From Spirochaetia bacterium (lineage in GTDB: Bacteria; Spirochaetota; Spirochaetia; SZUA-6; Bin103), in assembly GCA_965208575.1 (NCBI GenBank), contig CBDBOV010000001.1, forward strand, positions 192,001 through 256,000: DNA of 64,000 bases, given 5' to 3'. The notes below the pieces were generated by a model that had not been told where the DNA came from, searched no databases, and saw only the letters and a list, made by a program, of their open reading frames with translations. Below are positions 27,721 through 37,607 of the stretch, one piece after another; positions within the stretch are counted from its first letter, which is position 1; every line of letters begins with the position of its first letter. Position numbers and translations under genes: made by a program.

Positions 27721-30042
27721 GTGGCGTATCTGAACGAGATCGTGGCCGGGCGGCGCAGGCGCGTCGGGGCCGAGGGCGCGGAGCTGGGCGAGGCCGTGCC
27801 GGGAAGCCGCAGGCATCCGCTGGTGCCACTGGTGCCGTTGCCCGGCGGGAGTGCCGGTGCCACTGGAGATGCCACCGGCGCCGGGAGTGCCGATGGCAGG
27901 AGTGCCGATGGCGCCGGGAGTGCCGATGGCAGGCGTGCCGATGGCGGCGGGAACGCCGATGGCGGAGGGACCGGGGGCGCGCTGCCGCCGTCCGGCGAGC
28001 GGATGCAGCCGCCGCGCGAGTCGGCAGGCGATGGAAGTCCAGGCGCGGGCGCTGCGCCGGGGCTGGCTGCGCGGGGCGGCGGCTCGGGGGTGGCGCCGCT
28101 GTTGATCTGCGAGGTCAAGCGGCGGTCGCCGTCGCGGGGGGCCATTGCGCCGGGGCTGGATGCGGTGGCGCAGGCGCGCCGCTACGCGGAGGCCGGGGTG
28201 CGCGCGGTGTCGGTGCTGACCGAGCCGGACCACTTCGGCGGCGCGCTCGCCGACCTGGTCGCGGTGAAGGAGGCGTGCCCGCACCTGAGCGTGCTGCGCA
28301 AGGACTTCCTGCTCGACGAACGCGACCTGGAGGTGTCGTACCGCGCCGGCGCCGACGCCGTGCTGCTGCTGGCGGCCTGCCTGGACGCGGACGAGTTGGG
28401 CCGCCTGTACCGGCACGCGCTGGCGCTGGGCATGACGCCGCTGGTGGAGGTGCACGACGCTGCCGACCTGGCCAAGGCGCGCGCGGTGCGCCCGCTGCTG
28501 ACCGGCATCAACAGCCGCGACCTGACCACGTTCGAGGTGGATACCACGCTGCCGGCGCGGCTGCGGCCGGCGGTGGACTGGCCCACCACGCTGCTGTTCG
28601 AGTCGGGCATCCACCGCGCCGAGGACGCCGCCTTCGCGCGCTCCGCCGGCTTCGACGGCGTGCTGGTGGGCGAGGCGGTGGTACGCCGCCCCGAACTGGT
28701 CGCCGAACTGCGCGCCGTCCTCGCCGCCCCCTCCGTCGTCGCCGCCGGCACCGCGGCAGCCACGGGCACCGCGGCAGGCGAGGCAGGCACGGGCGCCGGC
28801 ACTGCGGCAGGCGCTGGCACTGCGGCAGGCACGGGCACGGGCGCCGCTGCCGCTGCGGCGTCGGCAGGCGGGCGGGAGGGGTTCTGGGCGCGCGTGTTCG
28901 CGGCGCGCCATAGGCTGGCCGGCAGTGGGCGCCCATTGATAAAGGTATGCGGCATCACCAACCGGGCCGACGCGGAGCTGGCGGTGGCGTTGGGCGCCGA
29001 CCTGCTTGGCTTCATCCTGGCCCCGTCGCCGCGCCGCGCCTGCCCGCAGGCGATTCGCGCGCTGGCCGACCTGCCGGTGCCGAAGGTGGGCGTGGTGGTG
29101 AACGACGTGGCCGAGGCGCTGCCGCTGCTGCGCGACGGATTTCTGGACGCGCTGCAGTTGCACGGCGACGAGCAGCCGGACGAGTGCTACGAAATCGCCT
29201 TTCCCTACTACAAGGCGCTGCGCGTGGGCGCGCCGGCGGACCTGGAAGCCGAGCCCCGCTACCGTTGCCCGCGCGTGCTGCTGGACGCCTACTCGCCGGC
29301 CGCCCGCGGCGGCACCGGCCAGCGGGTGGCGGAGGACCTGCTGGCATGGCGGGCGGCGGGCGACGGTGCGCGGCCGCTGTGGCTGGCCGGCGGCATCGGC
29401 CCCGACAACGTGGCGGCGGTGATCCGCGGCCACGCCCCGGAGCTGATCGACGCCTCCACCCGGTTCGAAGCGGAACCGGGGCGCAAGGACCACGACAAGC
29501 TGCGCGCCTTCTTCCGCGCAGTGCAGGTCGCCTGTCGGCGGGGAGCCGCCGGTCGGCGGGAAACGGGCGCGGGCGCACGGCCCTCGGGCAGCGCCGGGGC
29601 CGCGGAACCCGCCGCCGGCGCGCTCGCCGAGCGGGCCGGGCAACCGCCCGCGCCGCGTGCCAGCGCCGCTTCGCCCGATGCCGAGGCGCCGACCTTGCCG
29701 GACCGCCGGCAACCCCGGCCCGGCCTGCCGCCGCGGGACACCACCGGGGATACCGATGCCGGGGCGCCGACCTTGCCGGACCGCCTGCAGCCCCGGCACG
29801 GCGTGCCGCCGCGGGACGCCGCCGGGGATACCGATGCCGGGGCGCCGGCCTTGCCGGACCGCCTGCAGCTCCGGCACGGCGTGCCGCCGCAGGACGCCGC
29901 CGGGGATACCGATGCCGCGGCGCCGGGCCTGCCGGACCGCCTGCAGCCCCGGCACGGCGTGCCGCCGCGAGACGCCACTCGGCATGCCGCGGCCGCGGCG
30001 CCGGCCCCGCCTGCATCGAATACCACACGGAGGACCGAATGA
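27721..30042 (+). CDS. trpC: Bifunctional indole-3-glycerol-phosphate synthase / PRA isomerase (TrpC-TrpF) with low-complexity insertions and a repeat tail
   Basis: ICEVKRRSPSRG, SVLTEP..F.G, LRKDF, GADAVLL, LVEVH, GINSRDL, FESGI; IKVCGITN, ALQLHGDE, LLDA, GGTG, LAGGI.PDNV, IDAST..E..PGRKD. Confidence 0.93.
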   Translation: MAYLNEIVAGRRRRVGAEGAELGEAVPGSRRHPLVPLVPLPGGSAGATGDATGAGSADGRSADGAGSADGRRADGGGNADGGGTGGALPPSGERMQPPRESAGDGSPGAGAAPGLAARGGGSGVAPLLICEVKRRSPSRGAIAPGLDAVAQARRYAEAGVRAVSVLTEPDHFGGALADLVAVKEACPHLSVLRKDFLLDERDLEVSYRAGADAVLLLAACLDADELGRLYRHALALGMTPLVEVHDAADLAKARAVRPLLTGINSRDLTTFEVDTTLPARLRPAVDWPTTLLFESGIHRAEDAAFARSAGFDGVLVGEAVVRRPELVAELRAVLAAPSVVAAGTAAATGTAAGEAGTGAGTAAGAGTAAGTGTGAAAAAASAGGREGFWARVFAARHRLAGSGRPLIKVCGITNRADAELAVALGADLLGFILAPSPRRACPQAIRALADLPVPKVGVVVNDVAEALPLLRDGFLDALQLHGDEQPDECYEIAFPYYKALRVGAPADLEAEPRYRCPRVLLDAYSPAARGGTGQRVAEDLLAWRAAGDGARPLWLAGGIGPDNVAAVIRGHAPELIDASTRFEAEPGRKDHDKLRAFFRAVQVACRRGAAGRRETGAGARPSGSAGAAEPAAGALAERAGQPPAPRASAASPDAEAPTLPDRRQPRPGLPPRDTTGDTDAGAPTLPDRLQPRHGVPPRDAAGDTDAGAPALPDRLQLRHGVPPQDAAGDTDAAAPGLPDRLQPRHGVPPRDATRHAAAAAPAPPASNTTRRTE
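29677..29976 (+). repeat. 78-bp tandem repeat, about 4 copies, in the TrpCF C-terminal tail
   Basis: Units start at 29677, 29755, 29833, 29911 and encode DAGAPTLPDRLQPRHGVPPRDAAGDT. Confidence 0.95.
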
Positions 30043-31289
30043 ACACCTACCAGGACTACTTCGGGCGGTTCGGCGGCCGCTACGCCGCGGAAGTGCTGCG
30101 CACCCCGCTCGACGAGCTGGAGGCCGCCTACCGCGACGCCATCGAGGACCCGGCGTTCCGCGCCGAACTCGACCGCGTGGCGGCCACCTACACCGGCCGC
30201 CCCACGCCGCTGATGCACGCCGCCAACCTGAGCGCGGCGTGCGGCGGCGCGCAGATCCACGTCAAGCTCGAGGGGCTCGCCAACACCGGCGCCCACAAGA
30301 TCAACCACGTGGTCGGCCAGTGCCTGCTCGCGAAGCGCATGGGCAAGAAGCGCGTGATCGCGGAGACCGGCGCCGGCCAGCACGGCCTGGCGACCGCGGC
30401 GATGTGCGCCAAGCTCGGCCTGCCGTGCCGGGTCTACATGGGCGCCGTGGACATGCGCCGCCAGAAGCCCAACGTGTTCTGGATGGAGCTGTTCGGCGCC
30501 GAGGTGGCGCAGGTGGACAGCGGCTCGCGCACCCTGAAAGACGCGGTCAACGAGGCGCTGCGCGACTGGGCCGGCTCGTTCGCCGACACCTACTACGTGA
30601 TCGGCTCGGCGCTCGGCCCGTCGCCGTACCCGGCGATGGTGCGCGAGTTCCAGACGGTGGTGGGGCGCGAGGTGGCCGTTCAGTGCCGGGAGGCCGGCTT
30701 CGAGCCGGATGCGCTGATCGCCTGCGTGGGCGGCGGCTCCAACTCGCTGGGCATGTTTGCCCCGTTCCTGGACGCCGAGCGCCCGGAGCTGATCGGCGTG
30801 GAAGCGGGCGGCCGGCGGCTGCAACCGGGCCACCACGCCTCGCGCATGAGCGGCCATGGCGTGCCGGCGATCGCGCACGGCTACAAGTCGCTGTTCCTGA
30901 CCACCGAAGACGGCCAGATCGCGGAGACCCACTCGGTGTCCGCCGGGCTCGACTACCCCGGCGTGGGGCCGCAGCTCGCCGAGCTCGGGCGCACCGGGAG
31001 GGTGCGCTTCACCACCGCCTCCGACGCCGAGGCGCTCGATGCCGTGCGCCGGTTCGCCCGCGGCGAGGGCATCGTGATGGCGTTGGAGTCGGCGCATGCC
31101 GGCGCGGTGGCGCTGGCCGAGGCGCGCCGCCGGCCGCCCGACCAGCACCTGGTGGTGAACATGTCGGGGCGCGGCGACAAGGACCTGTTCATCCTGGCCC
31201 GCGAACTGGACCCGGCACGCTGGCGCGAGTTCCTGCAGCGCGAGGCCGCCTCCCTGGCCCCCGCCCCGGCAGCCGCGGGGGTCCGCTGA
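30039..31289 (+). CDS. trpB: Tryptophan synthase beta subunit
   Basis: YFGRFGGRY, GRPTPL, TGAHKIN (PLP Lys), AETGAGQHG, ACVGGGSN, SAGLDYPGVGP, ALESAHA, NMSGRGDKD. Confidence 0.97.
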   Translation: MNTYQDYFGRFGGRYAAEVLRTPLDELEAAYRDAIEDPAFRAELDRVAATYTGRPTPLMHAANLSAACGGAQIHVKLEGLANTGAHKINHVVGQCLLAKRMGKKRVIAETGAGQHGLATAAMCAKLGLPCRVYMGAVDMRRQKPNVFWMELFGAEVAQVDSGSRTLKDAVNEALRDWAGSFADTYYVIGSALGPSPYPAMVREFQTVVGREVAVQCREAGFEPDALIACVGGGSNSLGMFAPFLDAERPELIGVEAGGRRLQPGHHASRMSGHGVPAIAHGYKSLFLTTEDGQIAETHSVSAGLDYPGVGPQLAELGRTGRVRFTTASDAEALDAVRRFARGEGIVMALESAHAGAVALAEARRRPPDQHLVVNMSGRGDKDLFILARELDPARWREFLQREAASLAPAPAAAGVR

Positions 31290-32041
31290 TGAGCGAGCGG
31301 CAGGAGGCGCGCATCATGACCCACCTGGTGGCGTCGTTCCCGGACTGGGAGGCGTCGCTGGAGGTGGGCAGGGGGCTGGCCGAGGGCGGCGCGGCGTACC
31401 TGGAGGTGCAGTTCCCGTTCAGCGACCCCACCGCCGACGGGCCGCACATCCAGGTGGCCTGCGACGAGGCGCTCGCCGCCGGCTTCACCCAGGAGCGCGG
31501 GTTTGCCCTGGTGGAAGCGCTGCGCGCCGCCACCGGCGTGCCGATCGCGGTGATGAGCTACGCCAACCCGATTTTCCAGAACGGCGTGTCCCGCTTCGTG
31601 CAGCGCTGCCGCGACGCCGGCGCCGACGCCGTCATCGCCCCCGACCTGCCGCCCGATTACGACGAAGGCCTGTACGCCGCCGGCCGGGAGGTCGGCGTGG
31701 CGGTGATCCCGGTGGTGGTGCCGAGCACGCTGCCGGAACGCCTGGAGATGGTCGTCACCGGCGCCGACACCGACTGGGTGTACGCCGCGCTGCGCAAGGG
31801 CATAACCGGCAGCTACACCGAGATCGGCGAAGACAACCTGGCGTTCCTGCGCCGCATCGGCGAGCTCGGCGGCAAGCCGATGGCCGGATTCGGCATCCGC
31901 AGCAGCGCCCAGGTGGCCGCGCTCACCCCGTACGTCGAATACGTGGTGGTGGGCACCTGGTTCGTCGAGTTGCTGCGCCGCGAGCGCGCCGCCGACCCGC
32001 GCGCCCTGATGGCCCGGGCCATGGCGGACCTGCTGGCCTAA
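31289..32041 (+). CDS. trpA: Tryptophan synthase alpha subunit
   Basis: LEVQFPFSDPTADGP.IQ, MSYANP, APDLP, GITG, AGFGI; coupled to trpB (TGATG). Confidence 0.95.
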   Translation: MSERQEARIMTHLVASFPDWEASLEVGRGLAEGGAAYLEVQFPFSDPTADGPHIQVACDEALAAGFTQERGFALVEALRAATGVPIAVMSYANPIFQNGVSRFVQRCRDAGADAVIAPDLPPDYDEGLYAAGREVGVAVIPVVVPSTLPERLEMVVTGADTDWVYAALRKGITGSYTEIGEDNLAFLRRIGELGGKPMAGFGIRSSAQVAALTPYVEYVVVGTWFVELLRRERAADPRALMARAMADLLA

Positions 32042-32155
32042 GGAGCCGGCGCCCTCGGCAAACCGGTTGTGCGACAGCCGGACACGAGCGGCCGCCCCGC
32101 CCCGGTGCCGGCGCCGTGCCGGCACGGGGCCACCAGCAGTGTCACGCCCCGGCGA

Positions 32156-32449
32156 TCACGGCGCGGCCTCCTCCGGGGGCGAACTCGGCGCCGTCGCGCC
32201 GTTCGTCGGGCGCCACGGATTCATGGCGCCTTCGATACGCGCCACCCGCTCGGCCAGGGCGTGTAGGTCGGCGCGGATGGCCGTTGCCTCGGTGTGCAGG
32301 TCGCGGCGCACTTCGGCCACGTCGGCTCGGAGCGTGTCGATCTCGCGGCGCAGGATTGCCCCCTGCGCACGAATCACCGGCACCAGCACCGCCAGCATCG
32401 CGGCCACCGTTCCCACCGCGCCGAACAAGACGGTACCTCCGTCCGTCAT
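32156..32449 (-). CDS. Small N-anchored coiled-coil protein
   Basis: MTDGGTVLFGAVGTVAAMLAVLVPVI...LRREIDTLRADVAEVRRDL...LAERVARIEG. Confidence 0.75.
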   Translation of the reverse strand: MTDGGTVLFGAVGTVAAMLAVLVPVIRAQGAILRREIDTLRADVAEVRRDLHTEATAIRADLHALAERVARIEGAMNPWRPTNGATAPSSPPEEAAP

Positions 32450-32625
32450 GGGACAAGCATACTGCACCCCGCCGGCTGGCGCGAGTGTAGGTCCGTTCAG
32501 GGCCGGCGCAAATATGGAGCGCCCGTAATTTCAAACTGACGCACGGCCCACCAACCTTCCGAGCGTCTGGTGCGGGTCAGATCCGCCGGTTTTTCCGCGC
32601 GGGGCGGGGGCAGTATATTTACTCC

Positions 32626-32949
32626 ATGTCATCCGCAGTTACGATCGAGAAGGGAAATTTCGACGCCGAGGTCATTCAGTCCGACACGCCCGTGCTGGTG
32701 GACTTCTGGGCCGAATGGTGCATGCCGTGCAAGATGGTCGCGCCGGTGCTGGAGCAGCTCTCCGAGGACTACGCCGGCCGGCTCAAGATCGCCAAGGTCG
32801 ACGTGGACGACAACGGCGAAATCGCGCAGAAGTTCAACATCGTCAGCATCCCGACGCTGCTGTTGTTCAAGGGTGGCAGCGTGGTCGGCCAGCAGGTCGG
32901 CGCCGTGCCGCGCGAGACCATCGAGGGCCTGTTCAAGGATTACTTGTAA
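32626..32949 (+). CDS. trxA: Thioredoxin
   Basis: PVLVDFWAEWCMPCKM, KVDVD, SIPTLLLFK.G. Confidence 0.97.
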   Translation: MSSAVTIEKGNFDAEVIQSDTPVLVDFWAEWCMPCKMVAPVLEQLSEDYAGRLKIAKVDVDDNGEIAQKFNIVSIPTLLLFKGGSVVGQQVGAVPRETIEGLFKDYL

Positions 32950-32996
32950 TCCAAGACCACCTGTAATCCTCCAGGTCTCCACCCCGGTAGCCTGAA

Positions 32997-34043
32997 CTAG
33001 CCCTCGTGCACGGCGTCGCTGTTGGGGGCGCCGAGGGTGGCGCCGCGGGTGGGGACGGTGTGCCAGTCGGCGGCGCTGTCGGTGTCGGCCGACGAGCTGT
33101 TCCGGTTCAGCGACCGGGTGGAGGTGGTGGCGTCCGAGTCGATCGCGTCCTCCGGGGCGACCAGGTCGCCGGCGAACGCCCAGCCGCCCAGGGCCGCGAG
33201 CGTGTCGGCGCGCTGCATGGTGGCCTTGCTGCCGAAGCCGCGGTAGCGGTCGTCCGACTCCGAGGTGCGGTTGCTGTAGATCACGCCGTCGATCAGTTCC
33301 CCGTCCGGCGCCGTGTACACGGTGATGACGCCGTTGTTGCCTGACAGGCCGCCGCCTTCCGCCAACCAGAAATCCCACGCGCCCGCCACCGCCTGCTCGT
33401 GGCCGGAGGCATCCGGCCCGTCCACCTCGTCCTCGCCGAGTCCGTCGGTGGTGGCGTGGATGACGATATAGTCGCCGGCGGCCACTTCCACCGGCGGCAG
33501 CACCACGCGGTCGCGGTAGTCGCCGGCCACCCCGTCGTACAGGGTCACGCCGCCGAGGTTGCCGGCGGCGGTCACGTACAGCTCGATGGCGTCACGCCGC
33601 TTCTTGCTGCCCTTGGGGGTGAACTCGTTGATCACCAGCCCCGGCGGGCGCGGGTTGAATCCCCAGAATCCGGCCACCAGGGTGGTGGTGTTGCCGCGCC
33701 GGTCGCGGGCGGTGGTGTGCAGGCTGTAGCGCCTGCCGGCCGCGAACGGCTGTTCGGTGACCACGACGATGGCGGTGACCTCGCCGTCGCCTTCCACGGT
33801 GCGCACCGTGAGCGGCGGCTCGATGCGCACCGCGTCGGCGGCCATGGTGACCGGCTCGTCGAAGTGCACCGTTACCGTGTTGGGGCCGCTGGCGCCGATG
33901 GTTTCGAATACCGGCGGCAGCAGGTCGACCTCTTCCTCGAGCGCGTGCCCGACCGGCTCGCAGCCGAGGCACAGCAACCACGCGACGGCCACGGTCAACG
34001 CCCGCATGGACGCCGCCGGCCGTTTCGATTCGAATAGCTTCAT
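32997..34043 (-). CDS. Lipoprotein with Ig-like and lamin-tail-like domains
   Basis: Lipobox LCLGC; VHFDEPV; LVINEF...IELYV..GNLGG; TLGAPNS. Confidence 0.75.
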   Translation of the reverse strand: MKLFESKRPAASMRALTVAVAWLLCLGCEPVGHALEEEVDLLPPVFETIGASGPNTVTVHFDEPVTMAADAVRIEPPLTVRTVEGDGEVTAIVVVTEQPFAAGRRYSLHTTARDRRGNTTTLVAGFWGFNPRPPGLVINEFTPKGSKKRRDAIELYVTAAGNLGGVTLYDGVAGDYRDRVVLPPVEVAAGDYIVIHATTDGLGEDEVDGPDASGHEQAVAGAWDFWLAEGGGLSGNNGVITVYTAPDGELIDGVIYSNRTSESDDRYRGFGSKATMQRADTLAALGGWAFAGDLVAPEDAIDSDATTSTRSLNRNSSSADTDSAADWHTVPTRGATLGAPNSDAVHEG

Positions 34044-34100
34044 ACCCCCATAAACGGGGTTTGGTGCAATGCCGCTTCAACCGCCGGCGCCGGCTCGGCC

Positions 34101-34538
34101 TCAGCCGCCGCCGCCGGCGCCCGGCTCCAGTTCGGCGATGACGCGCAGCGCCAGGATGCGCGGCGCGGGCTGATAGGTGGCGGCTTCCGGTGTCTCGTAG
34201 CGCTGCACCAGTTCGCGCAGCAGCCGCACGGCGGTGCGGTCGTCGCCCCTCTTGTGATGCAGGAACGCCATCTCGTACTCGGCCCACAGCAGGAGACTCT
34301 GCTGCCCGGGGGAGGGATCGTCGGCGTAACGCTCACGGAACGCCGCGTACCAAGCCATCGCATTGCGGTAGTCGCCGGCGGTGGTGGCTTCCTGGGCGCG
34401 CTGGAAGTACTCCGCGGGCGTAATCTCGCCGGTCAGGTTGTCGGGGCCGCTCGCGCAGCTCGCCAACAGCCAGGCACCACCGATCAGCAGGGCGACCTGC
34501 GTCCACCCCGGTCGTGCGCCAACGGTTCGCTGTGTCAT
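34101..34538 (-). CDS. Small TPR / BamD-like lipoprotein
   Basis: Lipobox LASC; TPAEYFQRAQEA...Y..A...Y, WAEYEMAFLHHK; GGAG RBS. Confidence 0.75.
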   Translation of the reverse strand: MTQRTVGARPGWTQVALLIGGAWLLASCASGPDNLTGEITPAEYFQRAQEATTAGDYRNAMAWYAAFRERYADDPSPGQQSLLLWAEYEMAFLHHKRGDDRTAVRLLRELVQRYETPEAATYQPAPRILALRVIAELEPGAGGGG

Positions 34539-37516
34539 GGTGTCTCCTCCCCTCGCGTGTCGAAGTACGGTTGCAGCGGCTCGGTGACCATATAGTACCT
34601 GTTCGACGCATTCCAGAGGGTGAACCCGGAACCGGCCGCGGCCCGGTTGCCGTCGAGCTGGCGCGTCAGGTAGCGGCTGTACTCCTCCTCCTCCATGCGC
34701 AGTTCGCCGCCGATCAGGAACGCCTGCACGTACGGCCTTATGTGCGCCCGCCCGCGCACCATGCGCTGCGCCCGCCGCACGCCGGATTGGTAGATGTCGT
34801 GCGCGCGTTCGAGGTAGCCGCGGTCGGCGAGGAAGTGGTTCGGGAAGTGGGAGGGATAGAACATGGGGCTGATCACGTCGGCGTAGTCGGCGAGCACGCC
34901 GATGTCCTGGCCGATGAAGTTGCCGGCGCGGTACCAGGAGTTGAACCCGAACAGGTCGGTGCTGATCGGCACGTCCAGGCGTTCGCGCGCCGCCGCCAGG
35001 AACGACTCGATGGCGTCGATGCGGCGCATGCCGGGGCGCCGGTGGCGGTACAGGGCGCGCTCGGTGGGGCCGTCGGAGGGAAAGCGGATGTAGTCGAATT
35101 GAATCTCGTCCACGCCGCGGGCGGCCAGTTCCGCCGCCACTTCGATGTTGTACTGCCACACCTCCGGGGCGAACGGGTCGACCCAGTACTCGCGCTGCAC
35201 CAGTTCGCCGGAGTCGTCCCCGGCCGGCACCAGGTGGCGCCACGGTGCGTCCTGCTCGCGATCCCAGATCGCCTGCCGGTGGTTGTCCCAGTCGTACAGC
35301 ACCGGATCCTTGAACACCACCAGGCGGGCGATGACGTAGATGCCGGCGGCGTGCGCGTCCGCGATGAGCCGGTCCAGCTCGATCGGTCCCGGCGCCGCTC
35401 CCATGGCCCGCGCGAGCGGCAGCTCGGAGTCGTAGCCGAGGCGGCCGAAGTCGTCCTTGAAGTCGATGACCACCGAGTCGAGGCCGTGCCGGAGCAGGAG
35501 GTCGAGATACTCCGGCAGCGCCTCGGCCGCCCGGTCGGCCCGCACGTAGATGCCGTTGCGCAGCGCCGCCCGCGCGCGCGGGGCAGCGGCGCCGATGCCG
35601 TCCGGTCCGGCAACCCACCCCGGTTCGCCGGCCGCGAGCATGTGCTCGTGGGCGCTCGTTCCGGCGTTCGTTGCCGTGGCCGCCACCGCTGGCGGGTTGC
35701 CGTGGCCGCGGGCGGTGCCGCGCGCCGCCGCGAGTGCCGCCGCCAGGTGCGCGCCGTGGTAGCCCGCGGTGGGGCTGCCCGGTTCCGCGGGGGCAGGCGC
35801 CGCGGCCGCACCGTCCGCGGGCCGGCGGGCGGTCGCCGGCGCCGGTGCGGCCTGCCGCCCGGCGGACGGCTCCGCGGCCGCAAGCGGTGCGGCGGGCTGC
35901 CGGTCGGCGGCGGGCGGGGAGTGCTGGTCGGCACAGTGCTCGCTGTCCTCGTTTGCGTGCTCGGGCGTGGAGCACTCGGGCGGCGGCACCCGCGGCAGGC
36001 CGGCCGCGATCCCCTCTCCCGCGCCGCGGTCGCCGTGCGCGGCGCGATCTGCGTGCGCGGCAGAGTCTGCGTGCGCAACTGGGTCTGCGTGCGCGGCGGG
36101 ATCTGCGGGTGCGGCGGGGTCAGCCGGCGCGGCGGGGTCTGCGGGAGCGGCGGCGCCGGAATCGGCCGCGGCAACCGCGGTGTGCTGCGCTCCGGCGGCG
36201 GTCGCCGGCGCCCGTTTCGCGCCGTCGGTGCGGGGTTGCGGTTGTTCCGGAGCGCCGGCCGTCGCGGCCGCGCCGCCCGCGGCCTCGGTCTCCGGCGCGG
36301 AGGGTGGGGTTGCGTCGGCTGCCGGCGAGGCGGCGGCGCCGGGTACGGCCGCGGCGACCGCGGTGTGCTGTGCTCCTGTGACGGTCGGCGGCGCCGGGTC
36401 CGCGCCGTCGGTGCGGGGTCGCGGTGGTTCCGGAGCGCCGGCCGTCGCCGCGTCGTCGACCGCGGCCCCGGTCCCCGGCGTGGTGGGTGGGGTTGCCTCG
36501 GCCACCGGCGAGGTGGGCGCGTCGGTGCCGGTTTGCGGGGCCACGTCCGCGGGCGCCTCCACGCCGGCCGGCGGCGGGCCGGACCGGCCGGCCGCGGCCC
36601 CCGAACCGGCGTCCGCCGCCTGCTCCGAGGGCTCAGAGGGCTCCGAGGGCTCCGCCGGCTCCGAGGGTTGCAGCGGTTCCGGCGGTTCCGGCGGTTGCAG
36701 CGGAACTCCGCGGCGCACCGGTTCGGCGCCGGCGATGGGCGACCAGGTGCCGCCGGCGGCCAGCCGCCAGCGCGCATCGACGGTGCCGGCGAGCAGCTCC
36801 CAGCCGTCGCCGGAGTCCGCGAAGCCAAGCTGGATGGTGGCCATCGCCGGCACCGGGAAGCGCAGCAGTCCGGTGCCGGGGGACTCGCGCTGTTCCGCGA
36901 ACCGGTCGGCGACGTAGAATACGCCGCCGTCGAAGCCGGCCAGCACCGCCATGGCGCGTGGCTCCGCCGGATCGTAGGTCAGCGCGGCCACCTCCTCGTA
37001 GAACAGCGAACGGTCGGCCAGGAAGCGGATGGCGGGGGTGAGATGGACCCAGGTGGCGCCGCCGTCGGCGGTTTCGTAGATGCCGTGGAACGAGGTGCCC
37101 ACCAACATGCCGGCGGGATCGTGCGGCGACAGCGCGACGGCGGTGAAGTAGGCGTGCGGGTGGATCCGCTCGGTGGCGACCTGCCGCCACGCCATGCCGC
37201 CGTCGGTGGTCAGGTACACGCCGGTGGCGGTGGTGGCGGCCAGCCGCCGCGGATTGGAGGGGTCGGCGGCCAGGGAGGTGACGGCGGCGTACTCGGGGGG
37301 ATCCGGAAACGGGTATACCACGCGGTGCGGCAGGCCGGTGGCGCGCGGCTGCCAGGTGTGCCCCTGGTCGAACGACACGTGCACCCCGGCGCGCCGGCTG
37401 CGCGCGTAGCGGTACTCGCCGGCCACCAGGATCTGCTCGAACTCCGGCGGCGCGGCGCCGGCCGCGGGCTCCTGCGACTGCGCCGGAACGGCCGCGGCGG
37501 TCGCCAGGCACAGCAC
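34535..37516 (-). CDS. Putative glycoside hydrolase (DUF4015-like) with N-terminal BNR/Asp-box propeller and a long Ala/Pro insertion
   Basis: SFDQGHTW, TTDGGMAW, TADGGATW Asp-boxes; GIYV, VIDFKDD.G, IARLVVFKD, WVDP, DEIQFDYIRFP, IGQD, SPMFYPSH. Start uncertain. Confidence 0.85.
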   Translation of the reverse strand: MLCLATAAAVPAQSQEPAAGAAPPEFEQILVAGEYRYARSRRAGVHVSFDQGHTWQPRATGLPHRVVYPFPDPPEYAAVTSLAADPSNPRRLAATTATGVYLTTDGGMAWRQVATERIHPHAYFTAVALSPHDPAGMLVGTSFHGIYETADGGATWVHLTPAIRFLADRSLFYEEVAALTYDPAEPRAMAVLAGFDGGVFYVADRFAEQRESPGTGLLRFPVPAMATIQLGFADSGDGWELLAGTVDARWRLAAGGTWSPIAGAEPVRRGVPLQPPEPPEPLQPSEPAEPSEPSEPSEQAADAGSGAAAGRSGPPPAGVEAPADVAPQTGTDAPTSPVAEATPPTTPGTGAAVDDAATAGAPEPPRPRTDGADPAPPTVTGAQHTAVAAAVPGAAASPAADATPPSAPETEAAGGAAATAGAPEQPQPRTDGAKRAPATAAGAQHTAVAAADSGAAAPADPAAPADPAAPADPAAHADPVAHADSAAHADRAAHGDRGAGEGIAAGLPRVPPPECSTPEHANEDSEHCADQHSPPAADRQPAAPLAAAEPSAGRQAAPAPATARRPADGAAAAPAPAEPGSPTAGYHGAHLAAALAAARGTARGHGNPPAVAATATNAGTSAHEHMLAAGEPGWVAGPDGIGAAAPRARAALRNGIYVRADRAAEALPEYLDLLLRHGLDSVVIDFKDDFGRLGYDSELPLARAMGAAPGPIELDRLIADAHAAGIYVIARLVVFKDPVLYDWDNHRQAIWDREQDAPWRHLVPAGDDSGELVQREYWVDPFAPEVWQYNIEVAAELAARGVDEIQFDYIRFPSDGPTERALYRHRRPGMRRIDAIESFLAAARERLDVPISTDLFGFNSWYRAGNFIGQDIGVLADYADVISPMFYPSHFPNHFLADRGYLERAHDIYQSGVRRAQRMVRGRAHIRPYVQAFLIGGELRMEEEEYSRYLTRQLDGNRAAAGSGFTLWNASNRYYMVTEPLQPYFDTRGEETP

Positions 37517-37607
37517 GAGCAGCGCCGCCGCGGCCGCGCTGCCGTGCGCGCGCGGCGATGCAGTGCGGGACGCGAGCCCGCTTGCCCCCGCGTGCAGTCG
37601 GGCTGCC

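Noticed and set aside
29677-29976. 78-bp repeats as a CRISPR array or ncRNA array
   Set aside because: Whole units are similar with no unique spacers, and they keep the TrpCF reading frame.
28947-32041. Long N-terminal extensions on trpB and trpA (and similarly icd, mltD and the SH3 gene) suggested by the ORF track
   Set aside because: The extensions overlap upstream genes. The true starts were placed at homology, RBS or coupling positions (30039, 31289, 38834, 57871, 59175).
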